A stretch of 58,082 bases of DNA, the filler included, from Sphacelaria rigidula (lineage: Eukaryota), in assembly GCA_964200075.2 (NCBI GenBank). It is 8 parts of 8 records of this genome, joined end to end, with 100 filler letters (N's around TTAATTAATTAA, not from the genome) between each part and the next. Parts side by side here need not be neighbours in the genome. Positions count along the whole stretch, not along the records: positions 7,274 to 14,446 come from CAXNAA020016136.1; positions 14,547 to 21,719 come from CAXNAA020016137.1; positions 21,820 to 28,992 come from CAXNAA020016138.1; 5 more parts are not named here. The stretch is one strand, 5' to 3'. The notes under the pieces were generated by a model. That model was not told the origin of the DNA. It made no database searches and worked only from the letters and a program-made list of their open reading frames with translations. This document shows positions 12,901-23,345 of this stretch, one piece after another. Made by a program: the position numbers and the translations under genes. The stretch's first letter is position 1. Each line of letters starts with the position of its first letter.

Positions 12901-14378
12901 CACGTTGCCTTTGCAGAGGAATACACCCGTGGGCTCGCCTTGACTGCCCTAGCCCCAGGTTTGAATCTCACCTTCAAGGGCTCTACTCGAGCAGGCGGAT
13001 CACCGCGCAGTGCTCGCCGAAAAGCGTTGACACGGCGCCCAACAACCTCCCGAAGCTTATCAACGCCGCTTGCCGACATACCCTTGTCCGCAGCCGCCTG
13101 TACTGCGTGATCCAGTGCAACACAACGCTCTGCCAGTTCCTCCTCTGGGTTCATGTCCATCTCGGGACCACGCGACATCAATCGCTCAACGGAGGGATCC
13201 ACAGGCTCCTCTTATCCACCTTGATCCCGTAACGCCTCAATGGCAATGCTCACACGCCTACATTCTCGGAATTCAGGTGTATCTACATCTCTCACCAACG
13301 CGTGTCTTGAGCGTGCGCGTGCGTCCAGCCCACTGTACACGTCAATGCCCATGGCCTCCAGCGTACCGCTCCCGAGGATCACCACATCATCGGCACCTGG
13401 CATAACCGCATAGTGACACGGATCCAACACCACCGGCCCCCAGCTGGTGTGGAGAGCGGTGCGTACTAGGTGGGTCTTCGACTGCATATTCCGTACATTA
13501 CCATCAACTAGTTTAATCGGATGTGCACGAGTCATGCTCGTGACAACTGACACATCGGGGAACACTGCTTGCAACTGGGCCGCCATCAGGGAACAGTGAT
13601 GCCAGCCCCCGAGTCCAAAACTGCAGTAACAGGGCAAACGTTCTTGACTGTAGAACCTGGAACGGACAAGTCTGCCCGGCAGCATCGCTGCTTGCGGTCA
13701 ACTATTACACAGTCAACCTGTAAATCTGCAACCTCAGCGGTGTGCAGACCCTGCCATACCGGCATTGTCTGAGACGTCCACTCCTGAGCCAGTCCCTCCG
13801 CCAGTTGGGTTTGAGCTGCAGACGCCGGAGCGGAAGGCTGGGGCGGCACCATGCTATCCGCACTACTAGCACCCCCTTGCGTTCCATCCCCTGGGAAAAC
13901 AGCCCATGTGGGAGCAGGACCTTTACCGCCCCCCCGCTGACCTTGGACCTGCTGCTGCTGCTTCTGCAGCGGCGGCGACGACTTTGCTTGCCCACCTGAC
14001 GCACTCACCACGGTCGCATGTGTGCTCTGTTTGTTACAGTCCTTCTTGTAGTGGCCCTTATCGCCACACTCAAAGCAACCTGCATAGCTCGGACCAGGTT
14101 TGTGGGGCTTTTTTGAGCTCTTACCGCCACTACCTGCGCCGCCACTACCTGCTGCGGCGGCCGCAGCCGCTGCGCCGGCATGCGATGTCAGTATTTTCTA
14201 GCCTTGTAAGCCGCTTTTTTGTCTAAGTTGCGGTTGCTGTCGGCGGTGTTTATCAACCTCCTCAACAGCTTTCCATTTTTCCGCTAAGTCATGAGCTACC
14301 TCAAAAACCACTCTCGGGCTCTCTTTCCAGTCCCTTTTCATATAAAGTATATTTTGAACTTTACTCTTGAACTCAGGA
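9987..14378 (-). mobile_element. Decayed Ty3/Gypsy (chromovirus-type) LTR retrotransposon: gag fragment, protease, RT, RNase H, integrase, chromodomain
   Basis: Domain order PR-RT-RH-IN. Protease AVLDSGAG (about 13600). RT DYRAVN..KIDMLQGYW..TRVPQGVLNATGYFQ..VWVDD. RNase H FPDASD..DKEGYAIV..IFTDHRN..NCWGDLLSR. Integrase GHRGV..CLHC..HLDY..VSDTASHF..ERMMRE..TWTGPW. Chromodomain VHVQWVGFGKDESSWEP. Stops and frameshifts throughout. Confidence 0.95.
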
Positions 14379-14437
14379 GCAATGCTACGGTAGGGGTGCA
14401 CTTTTTTCGCGAAATTTTGTCTGGTTCCGGGGCTCCT
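14379..14437 (-). repeat. About 60-bp repeat, inverted copy of 7275-7333
   Basis: Reverse complement of the contig's left end with one mismatch. Confidence 0.85.
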
Positions 14438-14771
14438 CACGATTATNNNNNNNNNNNNNNNNNNNNNNNNNNNNNNNNNNNNNNNNNNNNTTAATTAATT
14501 AANNNNNNNNNNNNNNNNNNNNNNNNNNNNNNNNNNNNNNNNNNNNCCATAGCGCCACCGCTACGGCCTTGAACAAAAATCCGGCTATGCCACCCTCTTT
14601 GTCTCTTCAGTGAGGTCAGTATGATACCACATATGCGACTATTGGGTGCGTGTTGCGGAAGGCATTTGCTGATGACACAATTTTGGGTGATCACCGTGAA
14701 CCAGCCTGTAGGGCTGAATCTGAGTGAACCAACCAACCCATGCCAATAAATAGAGCAAAAACCGTGCTTGC

Positions 14772-17700
14772 CTGGTGATCATCTCTTGTTGGGACGACCG
14801 TTCGCGGCAGCATCTCCATTAGCCTTGGGATATCCACCGACAACATCTTCAAATCGAACAAATAAAAAAGACAAACGACAACATCAAGACACGACAAATG
14901 ACACATCAGAGGCGACGATAGGAGGCGAGGAAAGATCTGGACGTGTCTGGTGAGCACCAAGCGGAAAAGAACCTGAGGGGAAGCGACCACAACAGACGGT
15001 GGAAATCAGGAAGACTACCGCAACGGCCGACGTTAACCTCAACAACAATGCTGACACGGTGCTCTTCTCTCACTGACCGGACCAACAAAACCACAGTACC
15101 ACAGTACCACAGCCGCACGTTATCTAGCACGTCGCATTTCGATCGTTGCACGAGAGTAAGTTAACCCGGATCGAGTGTTCTAGTATGGGTGCATCCGGAA
15201 GAGAAACAAACTTCACGTAGGCCACCCCACTATATTCAGAGACTGTCCGCACTCAAAAGTCCGGTAGGGCCTACAATAGCGGTGTACCCGCAAAATTCAT
15301 GTCATAGGTCCAAATCTTACAATTCTCCAACACTTCATTTAGAGACACTGAACATAGATTCGTCTACGGTGTTTTATGCAGTATAAGACGGAAACTGAGC
15401 TATGTTTGTCATCAGCATTTTCATCTCAGCACAATATACAAAGGACGCCTTCACCCTCCACCCCACCACACCCGTCGCCCTCAGACACCTCGTCTAGATC
15501 CTCCAGCATCTTCGGCTTCAGTTTGGGGAACCTGGTGAAGTTGGTGTCCTGCAGCTTAGCCCTGAACGGCTCCAGGTCTGGAAAATCTCCTGGGGCGAGA
15601 TTATGTTGCTTCATCACCGATCGGAACACCGTGCCCAGCTCTAATACAACAACAGTGCATGACAAGTAGTACGTTCAGAGTGCGCGGGGACGAAGCAATC
15701 ATCTGTGGATTATTCTTTCCATGCGAGGTTGCGCTGACTTACGACGCAATTTTGAAAAATACATGGAGTCCACGTAAGCAAAGCAGAACGACAAGCGCGG
15801 AGATCTGGGCCTGGCTTCATCACCGAGACGAGACACGAATTTGGACTCTGGAGAATTGGAGCAGGGGGGAAGAGTGACCATGTCGAGAGCATGTGAAGCC
15901 ACAGAAACACGCCAGATCCGTCTGCAGTGAAGGTCGACCCCGGCGAAGTGCGTCCTTGCAAAGTCACTTGTCAAACCATGACTCACCTGCCGCGAGCATC
16001 CTCATGACATCCTGTCACAGGTACAGTACAACACACGACAGAATGATGAGGCGACCATGTACCACGACAGCAACACAACTCACCAGCTGTCAGCTTCTTC
16101 TGCACCTTTTCTTTGCCCATCATGGAGGGCATCTGGGATCGGAGGTACCCGATTATGTACGCATGTACCTGCCAAACCACAACAAAAGAGCACGTACCAC
16201 GACTTCAGGACGGCATTCTCTAGGCTATGAGATTGCAGCGCTTACGTGTGAGTATCGTCAAAAGGGCGACACTAGACATGTGGTCGACGGGACTGTTCTT
16301 CTCGAAGAGTGAGTAAACACTGAGTTGTACATTAATATTTAGTGAACGACTCACGCCATGGCAACAGTCGAAAAATCGTACAGGTAAGGCCTGCGCTATG
16401 GCAGCGACGCACCTTCACAACAATACTCAGAGTTAGATATGCAGCGCTGCATGGGCCGGACGTGAACATCTCCGGTATGAATATTTATGCCAAAATGAAT
16501 CAGAGATGAAAAAATACTGACAAAAACAATGCGTGATAAGGCACGCGGGACTTGTTTTCGAAAGGAAGGCGTTGTTGACACCATCGCCAGGTCAAGATCC
16601 ATTTGGTTGTGACATAAGAGCGACCCTTCCGTGTACCCAAACGCAAAAAATACCTTAGCGAGTCGGCAGCGCTTGACCAACTCGTTAATTTTTCGAACGG
16701 CGGAGTTCCGTGGCAGCTCTCTCAAATCATTCATGAGATCTCGCTCCTCCATATCGAACAAAGCCGCGTTGTCGTCGTACATAAGCGGCTCGTCCCAGAA
16801 GGATCCCACGTATACTCGCAATACCTTGGGGAAAAAAACACAGGAAGGCGAGCAAGGTTGAGAGTTGTGAGCGATGAAGCACACGTGTGACCATGTTGTA
16901 CACGAGAGGTTCACTCTAGGAACAACAAACTCGCTTGTGCTGGCAACACCTCAGAGTTCTTGCCCCCTCCTCGCAAAAAAACAAGACAAGAACTCAGGAC
17001 ATAATATCGTGTACCATGACGGATCATGACCATGGGGATACCGACGACCAGAATGCAACGGAGGAATAAACAACATGTTGGATGATGACTGTAAGAGACC
17101 GCAACCGGGTACACCATGCAGCACACTCATGTGGTGTCTCCTCTGATACATTGAGAAATTCGGGTAAAAATGACTACATGAACAGCATTTAGAGTAGATT
17201 CAGTCACTTGCGTTAAGCGTGAGGAAGTGCATGTGCACGGACGTCGCTTACCTCGGGTGTGCGAATGATCTTCCCCATGGACCACATGAGCGCCCCGTAT
17301 ACCCTCATGAGCTTCTGTCGGTCAACCTGCCGACGGTGAAAAAAAAGGGGGGACGGGGGGGACAAAAATGAACACCATCAACACATCGATAACAGAAAAA
17401 TGGTTCCACAAAACGACAAGACAAACACGCGTCCGTGATATTAAGTCACATAAACGTTCAAAAACAAGCAGAAAACCACGGGCCACAATGTGGGCGACGT
17501 GGCATGGCTTCGGCACACTCGATACCTCTGCACGCCAAGATCCGCCATGCTTCACCACAAGTCCTCCTCCTTGATTGCACCACCGGGAAAAGGTCGTGCA
17601 AAATGGCATGGGAGACAGCCAAAATATCAATCGTTACCAGGTACTGCTCGCCCTCACTACTGGCCAGTAATATCTACCGTACAATACCCGAACCACTACT

Positions 17701-19902
17701 ATTATGCCACAGATTAAATTACGAACATTTCTTGTCTTGACATCAGAAGTCTCATCTAGATCCCCGATCAAGAGATAAAATATCACTTCAGCTATAAACG
17801 AAAAATAGATGGGAGCACCTGATCGGCCTTGTTTAGGATGACGCGTATCTTGTCGTCCTGGCCTTTGAGACGTTCGATCACGGCCTTGAATTCGTCGCTG
17901 ATGTCCAGCTTGTGTGCATCGAATAAGAGCAAAATCAAGTCCGCTCGTTCCGCAAACCAGTGACACACATTCACGAAGTCGTAACCGCGCGCCACTCGCT
18001 GTTTTTCGCCCGATAACACTCCTGCGAAGTTTGGGGGTTCAAGAGGGGGAACGCATGTCGGTCCGATACGACAATGGCACCAGATGAAAATATTGTTCCG
18101 AAATGAAGTCTAGCGTCCACGGGGTCAACATAGGGCGCTAACTCAACAAAGGGCCGTTTGAAGGCGGGACACTCGTTGTAACGGTAACCGTTGCACACAC
18201 CTGGAGTATCAACGATGGTGATGTTTCTTAGCACCGGAGATGGAAGCTGGCTTGCTTCGAACTTGTTCAAAAACGCCACCCCGAACCGGTCCAGACCTCT
18301 GTACGGAAGGTTCGGCGAAACCGTCAGAGCGTTCCCCGGAACGACGCGCTCATCCGCGCCGTCCATAACGGCCACGAACCGGTCTGTTGTTGGCTCCGGC
18401 CCGATTCGTTGCCCCGGAAAATCGCGCCCGAGGAGATATCGAATGAACTGCGATCATTACAACAGTGGAGGAGTCGGGTGGCGGGTCAATGATCATGTCG
18501 CCATCCCCATCAATATGTCCACACATTTTACGATCGTCACTTACGGCGCCGAGTATCACGAGCTGCAAGACCGTCACGGTCCACGCGACCTCTACGACGT
18601 TTTCTGGTGGAGAAATCCAGGAGCTATTATTTCCGGACCATTTTCAACCCCCCCCCATCCCCGGGCCAAATCCATGCTTTCTCCCTCCCCTGGCACACGC
18701 CTTACAGTTTGATATCGCGGATTGGAAAAGCACTCCCGCACTCTCAGACTCCGGCATCGCTTTTGCTACTCACGGCCTTACGCTATCAACCAGAGAGATA
18801 CAATACTCCACAGAAGAAAAAATACTAGTATAAACTACGCGCATCTAGCGGGAGGTGAACCCACCTTTTGAACCTCATGGTGGAAATTGTACTATTAATA
18901 TTACACCACCGGGACGGTTATAAAACAAAATGCCTCCATGTGCTCTGTTAATAGAAGGAAACATGGTACCGAAGGTAGCGGTAAAATTATCGCCAGGAAG
19001 TAACATACAAAGCATTCAAAGCACCTGCTTTATCATATGTAACACTAGGCACGGGTCGCCAAAATGTGTGCGGCACACACGATATGACATGGGGGAATAA
19101 CTTCACTCGTGGCTCAACAAGTTGTTCCATGAAATCAACTGTCACACAAGTATGCACGTTCAAGTCCCGCCAGATGCGGCGTTCTTATTGAACAGAATCG
19201 TAAACGACAGGTACACCTATCAATTTGTTGTACTGTACCATCAATAGTGTATCGGACAACGAAATGCCGCATGAGCTGCGAGTTAGTCCTACTTGCCGTG
19301 CCAGAACCCTCATTCATTGAAAAACTTCAGTGTGAATGCAGTGATGAAAAGCTGTGTAGATATTCGAAAGAAAAGAACCTCGAGATAACATTTGTGTATT
19401 GCGTGCAAAGACCACACCCTGGACAATAGATTGAACTGTCAAAAACGATGTTGCGTACAAGATATCATCCATTGTCGATTGTACTAGACAGAGTCAGGGC
19501 ATGGTCAAGATTAGAATCGCACTCCCAGCACGCATCACGGTAACATGAACTCTTCTGCTGCTCAACCTAGCAGTAGGTGGCCATATCTCCAACGGCTGAT
19601 TTGACGAGATGCCGCAGTCCCGCTGCCCCGAAGCCCTCCCCCAACATTCGTGCTTGAACATCGGCCAACGCCAACATGTCTATCACGCCCACACGTGCAG
19701 AGCTCACCGACGTCTTTCCCGTTGAGTACTGTCCGCACATGAGCACTTGAGGCTTGCTCTCGAATTCGCTGTCCGTTAGCGGAGGTGAGTGAAACCAGCC
19801 GAACATGTAAGTTTGCTCCAGCGGCTTGAGCTTCGTGTGGTACAGACGCTTTAGGCCCTCCACCACCGCGGCCGTGGCCTCGTCTTGATCTGCCATCGAC
19901 AT
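14772..19902 (-). CDS. EHD1: EH-domain-containing protein (EHD/RME-1 dynamin-like ATPase), partial. Exons 19902-19708, 18447-18201, 18021-17819, 17326-17252, 16824-16654, 16168-16084, 15640-15489, 14846-14772
   Basis: Phase-consistent splicing gives GLKRLYHTKLKPLE..FHSPPLTDSEFESKPQVLMCGQYSTGKTS/FIRYLLGRDFPGQRIGPEPTTDRF..VDTPG/VLSGEKQRVARGYDF..LLFDAHKLDISDEF..VILNKADQ/VDRQKLMRVYGALMWSMGK..TPE/VLRVYVGSFW..RKINELVKRCRLAK/VHAYII..GDFP..DIPRLM. These are hallmark EHD motifs. The EH domain itself is not seen before the contig ends. Confidence 0.96.
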
Positions 19903-20607
19903 GCTGGACGCAACTCACGAACCAAAACGCACACGCGTCTCCCTGCTATACCTGCGGTGTTCATCAAGAGAGAAGCAAGGGAAGAAGAGGGCATAGGCTC
20001 CGTGGTTTCTTCACGTCTGTGCGGCTCACATTTCATTTTTGACCATTGGAACTGCGAAGCTTTTCAGATGTGTCCATATATGCTAATCGACTATCGTTCC
20101 GTTAATTTGTTGTTGTGTACCGAGGTCCCTGCAGTCAGGATTCTGTATGCGCTGCAGTGAAAGGCTTCGAGTCAATCAGGGAGGGGTGGACCACATCAGC
20201 CACCATACACAAGTTTCACGCGCAACAGAGTCTGAGTTGGCCATACGATGGGGTTTGTTGCCTGTCAACTTGGCGGCGAAACACGTTCTAGAGTTCGAGT
20301 GTCCCAAACTTTCCTCCGAATTTGAATCGACTTCGACAATAACACACACTGTTGGAAAATCAACCTCCATCTTGGTCCAGGTGTGGCGGGGTGAATTGTG
20401 CAAATTATGGGCCATGGAGGAAAGCCCCTTTGGCTCATCAAAAAGGGAAACGATGGAACGGACGGTTATGCCAGGCAAATCCCTCGACTTACGGTAGAGA
20501 GCGCGTGTCGTGTTCGGCGCACTAGTGCTAAAATTTTCCAGACTAAAGTACCTCATGTTCGAAATGGGCACGGCTCAAGTTGGGACTTTTCTCGCGTATT
20601 CTCACCA

Positions 20608-20980
20608 GCCGGTCGCCCCAGTGGTTCAGTCGGTAACCTCGAAACCTTCTGGCCGTTGGGTCGTGGGTTCGAACCTCGGTGCAGTCACAGGATCTGGGAT
20701 TTTTTCTAACATCATGCCCAACAGTGGAGAGTGACCATGTCGTGGGTACACAAAATTCGACCCCATGGTCGACGAGGGAAGGAGACTGCCGAACGCCTCT
20801 TGCGATAAAGAAGGCAGGCAGTACCGCAATGGAGAACTAGAACAAAATAAAAATAATACGCTCCGTTGGCGTTTCTCCTCTGTGACCCCGGCTGATGCGC
20901 CAACAAGTACCGAAAGGTATAGACTGGTGTGACAGAATAGATGGGATGACAACACATACACTCCTCGAGATAACTCGAAT
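20608..20980 (+). mobile_element. tRNA-derived SINE-like element
   Basis: A box TGGTTCAGTCGG (20622-20633) and B box GGTTCGAACC (20666-20675), with no complete cloverleaf, followed by a non-coding body. The 3' boundary is approximate. Confidence 0.6.
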
Positions 20981-21039
20981 TTGCTAGCGTCGATAGATTT
21001 TGGTCAAATAAACAGATCGTCTTTCCCCCCGGCGCCCGT

Positions 21040-21122
21040 TTGGTGCAGTTCCGTGCTCCGTCTCGAAAGGGATGCGTGGTCAATGGTCGAACGACCAAGG
21101 ACAGCAAAAAATGAGTACGCCT
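21040..21122 (+). mobile_element. LINE 3' tail (family A) in a C-rich site
   Basis: gtgctccgtctcgaaagggatgcgtggtcaatggtcgaacgac...atgagtacgcc. Flanks ccccccggcgccc and ccccccagtgccc look like a decayed TSD. Confidence 0.75.
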
Positions 21123-21278
21123 CCCATCCCCCCCAGTGCCCAAGTCAGTGTTCGTCGATGTTATCGAGCGATACGAGTACATACCCCGTTTATAGTAGTC
21201 AGCGTCAGAAGTTTTCAGAATTCGTCGTTGTTGTCCTTTTTTTGAGTTTTTCTGGAGTACCGTTCTTCACTACTACTT

Positions 21279-21719
21279 GAAAGTGCTAGCGCCGGTTGAT
21301 TTAGGGAGAAAGCGTAGGCCGTGCTCAAACTGCAGTGCCCACGTTGGTGTTTTTGGGGCGATACGAATTCGATACCCCGTTCATCAGGAGGGTGTTATTG
21401 ACCGTTTTTGGTCAAATACAAGCAGTTTTCCCGCTCTTCAGCGACAAAACGGTAAATATTCAGAAAAATTGATACGTTTAAAATTCTTCACAATAACGAT
21501 CGAGATCGTGTTTCCCTTCTATACTGCACAGACCTCCGTCTAGGATTTTCTGCGGATGGCTCATTTTCGGGGGGGTTTCGCATAACATTTCCCCATGAGC
21601 ACTCGAAAGTGCTAGCGTCATTAATTTTGGCAAAATAAGCAAACTGTGCTCAAATCACAATCGCCCAAGTTGTTGTTAAGGGGGCGATACCAGGTAAAGA
21701 CCCCGTTTACCAGGAGGGT
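21279..21719. repeat. Degenerate direct repeats (aagtgctagcg...accccgtt..caggagggt), with a third partial unit near 20980
   Basis: Units at about 21279-21395 and 21605-21719 align by eye. Confidence 0.6.
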
Positions 21720-21819
21720 NNNNNNNNNNNNNNNNNNNNNNNNNNNNNNNNNNNNNNNNNNNNTTAATTAATTAANNNNNNNNNNNNNNNNNNNNNNNNN
21801 NNNNNNNNNNNNNNNNNNN

Positions 21820-21892
21820 CATCGGGAATCGAACCCCCGTTTTCTCCACCCTAATGGCGACAGTTGCACCATTACACCACCGGGGCGCGGCG
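21820..21892 (-). mobile_element. tRNA-like SINE head or tRNA pseudogene cut by the contig end
   Basis: GCCCCGGTGGTGTAATGG...GGGGGTTCGATTCCCGATG. A and B boxes are present but the stems are imperfect. Confidence 0.6.
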
Positions 21893-22324
21893 GCGTTAGG
21901 TGTATCATTACGGACCGAAAAGGAACCGCCACGACCCCCAGCACCACTTGCTGTCACAGCTAGCACTTCACATTTATCGTACACTATAGCAAGCACAGTG
22001 AGTCGTCCATCACAACTGTTATGTTCATCATACTGGACAAGCCACGAAGTAGCAACGCTTGACATCGCAGATAGGGGATCTTCCTGCCACCGCCATGGTA
22101 TCAGCATTCGCTCGGATGTTTTGTGTGAGAAACTTCAAAGCTCGGCGCACACGGGACGATGCTTTGGGCACAGCTCAACATTGCCAGCCTCAGATGGAAG
22201 AAAGCTGGTGTGAACAATTCATAGTCTAAGGCGCGCAAAAGCGCGAGCGCAAAAGCGGTGCTACACTTGGCTGCACTAGCATTCCGTTAGAGGCCATCAC
22301 GTCTTGCACCAGCGTTATCGGTGG

Positions 22325-22541
22325 TGTAATGCGTGAGAGCACCGCGTGCTTAGAAGACCGCATCGGAATTTGAACATCCCTATGATCAGGGTTAGGGTTC
22401 GGGTTAGAGTTAGTGTTAATGTTATGATCAGGGGCGTGGTACCTCCAGGGACTGGCCCGACTGGTTAAGAAAAACGTCGATCCTGAGGTGTTTTGAACTA
22501 CGGCGCGGTCCTCTAAGCACGCGGTCCTCTCACGCATTACA
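22325..22541. mobile_element. MITE with about 37-bp TIRs (TGTAATGCGTGAGAGGACCGCGTGCTTAGAGGACCGC), 5-bp TSD GGTGG and internal TTAGGG-like repeats
   Basis: Both TIRs and the TSD (22320-22324 and 22542-22546) are read directly. Confidence 0.9.
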
Positions 22542-23345
22542 GGTGGCATGTTGCAGAAAACGCGGCTTCGTCTGTTTTTTGCAAGTGCTGTTGTGTGCTG
22601 TATGTACGGTATCGTCACACTTCACCGTACCACAAAGTACGGAAGGATACTGCACTGCACTAAACTGCACTTCACTGTACTATACTTTGCTGTACCGGTA
22701 CTGTAGTTTTCCACCTAGACTACGATATGAATTTCTCTTCTTTACATACGTCAAGCATCTCCAGCAACGAAATTTGTTTTTCGAAACACCAACGGCGGCG
22801 CTTCAGTCTTTGTGGGGAGAGTTCCCGCTTTCATCATTTCCGGACACTTCCCAAATAAACCCGAAACAAGTAGTCGTAGTGTTGATGACGCTCGAAAGGA
22901 GCCCACGACAGCTCATCCTCTCACCTGGTGAAAGTCGTTTTGAATGTACGGAAGGAGATGCATAAGACTGACGACACCGGAGCAACAACGCGCGACAAGG
23001 GAAGCTAGGGGAAGTTTCAACGGCTACAAAAAAGAACCCTCAGTTGGTCGCTCTTGCGAAACTGCTCCAGGAAAAATGTGAATTTCGGACGGTGGGTTCA
23101 GCCCCATTCGTGAGTCAACCCCGTTCTCTACGATCTTCTGTTCTATGGCGCCTACAGAACTTTAACGCCACAGTGCTACTACGGGCGCGGCAAAAAACAA
23201 ATGCCTCACTCGTTGCCAGCGTATGACATATGCAAGATCAGCTGCTGCAAAGCATTGACAGTTGAACTGCATACTGTAGTCATCTGCTACCCCCTCTTTC
23301 TCACTGAAATGCGGGGAAGGACCGCGTGTTGTGAGGTGTGCATAA

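Noticed and set aside
5221-14446. Gypsy elements as insertions inside SMU1
   Set aside because: They are on a different contig, across an artificial linker
21820-21892. Functional tRNA gene
   Set aside because: The T-stem and anticodon stem pair poorly, no 3' acceptor strand is visible and degenerate relatives occur elsewhere
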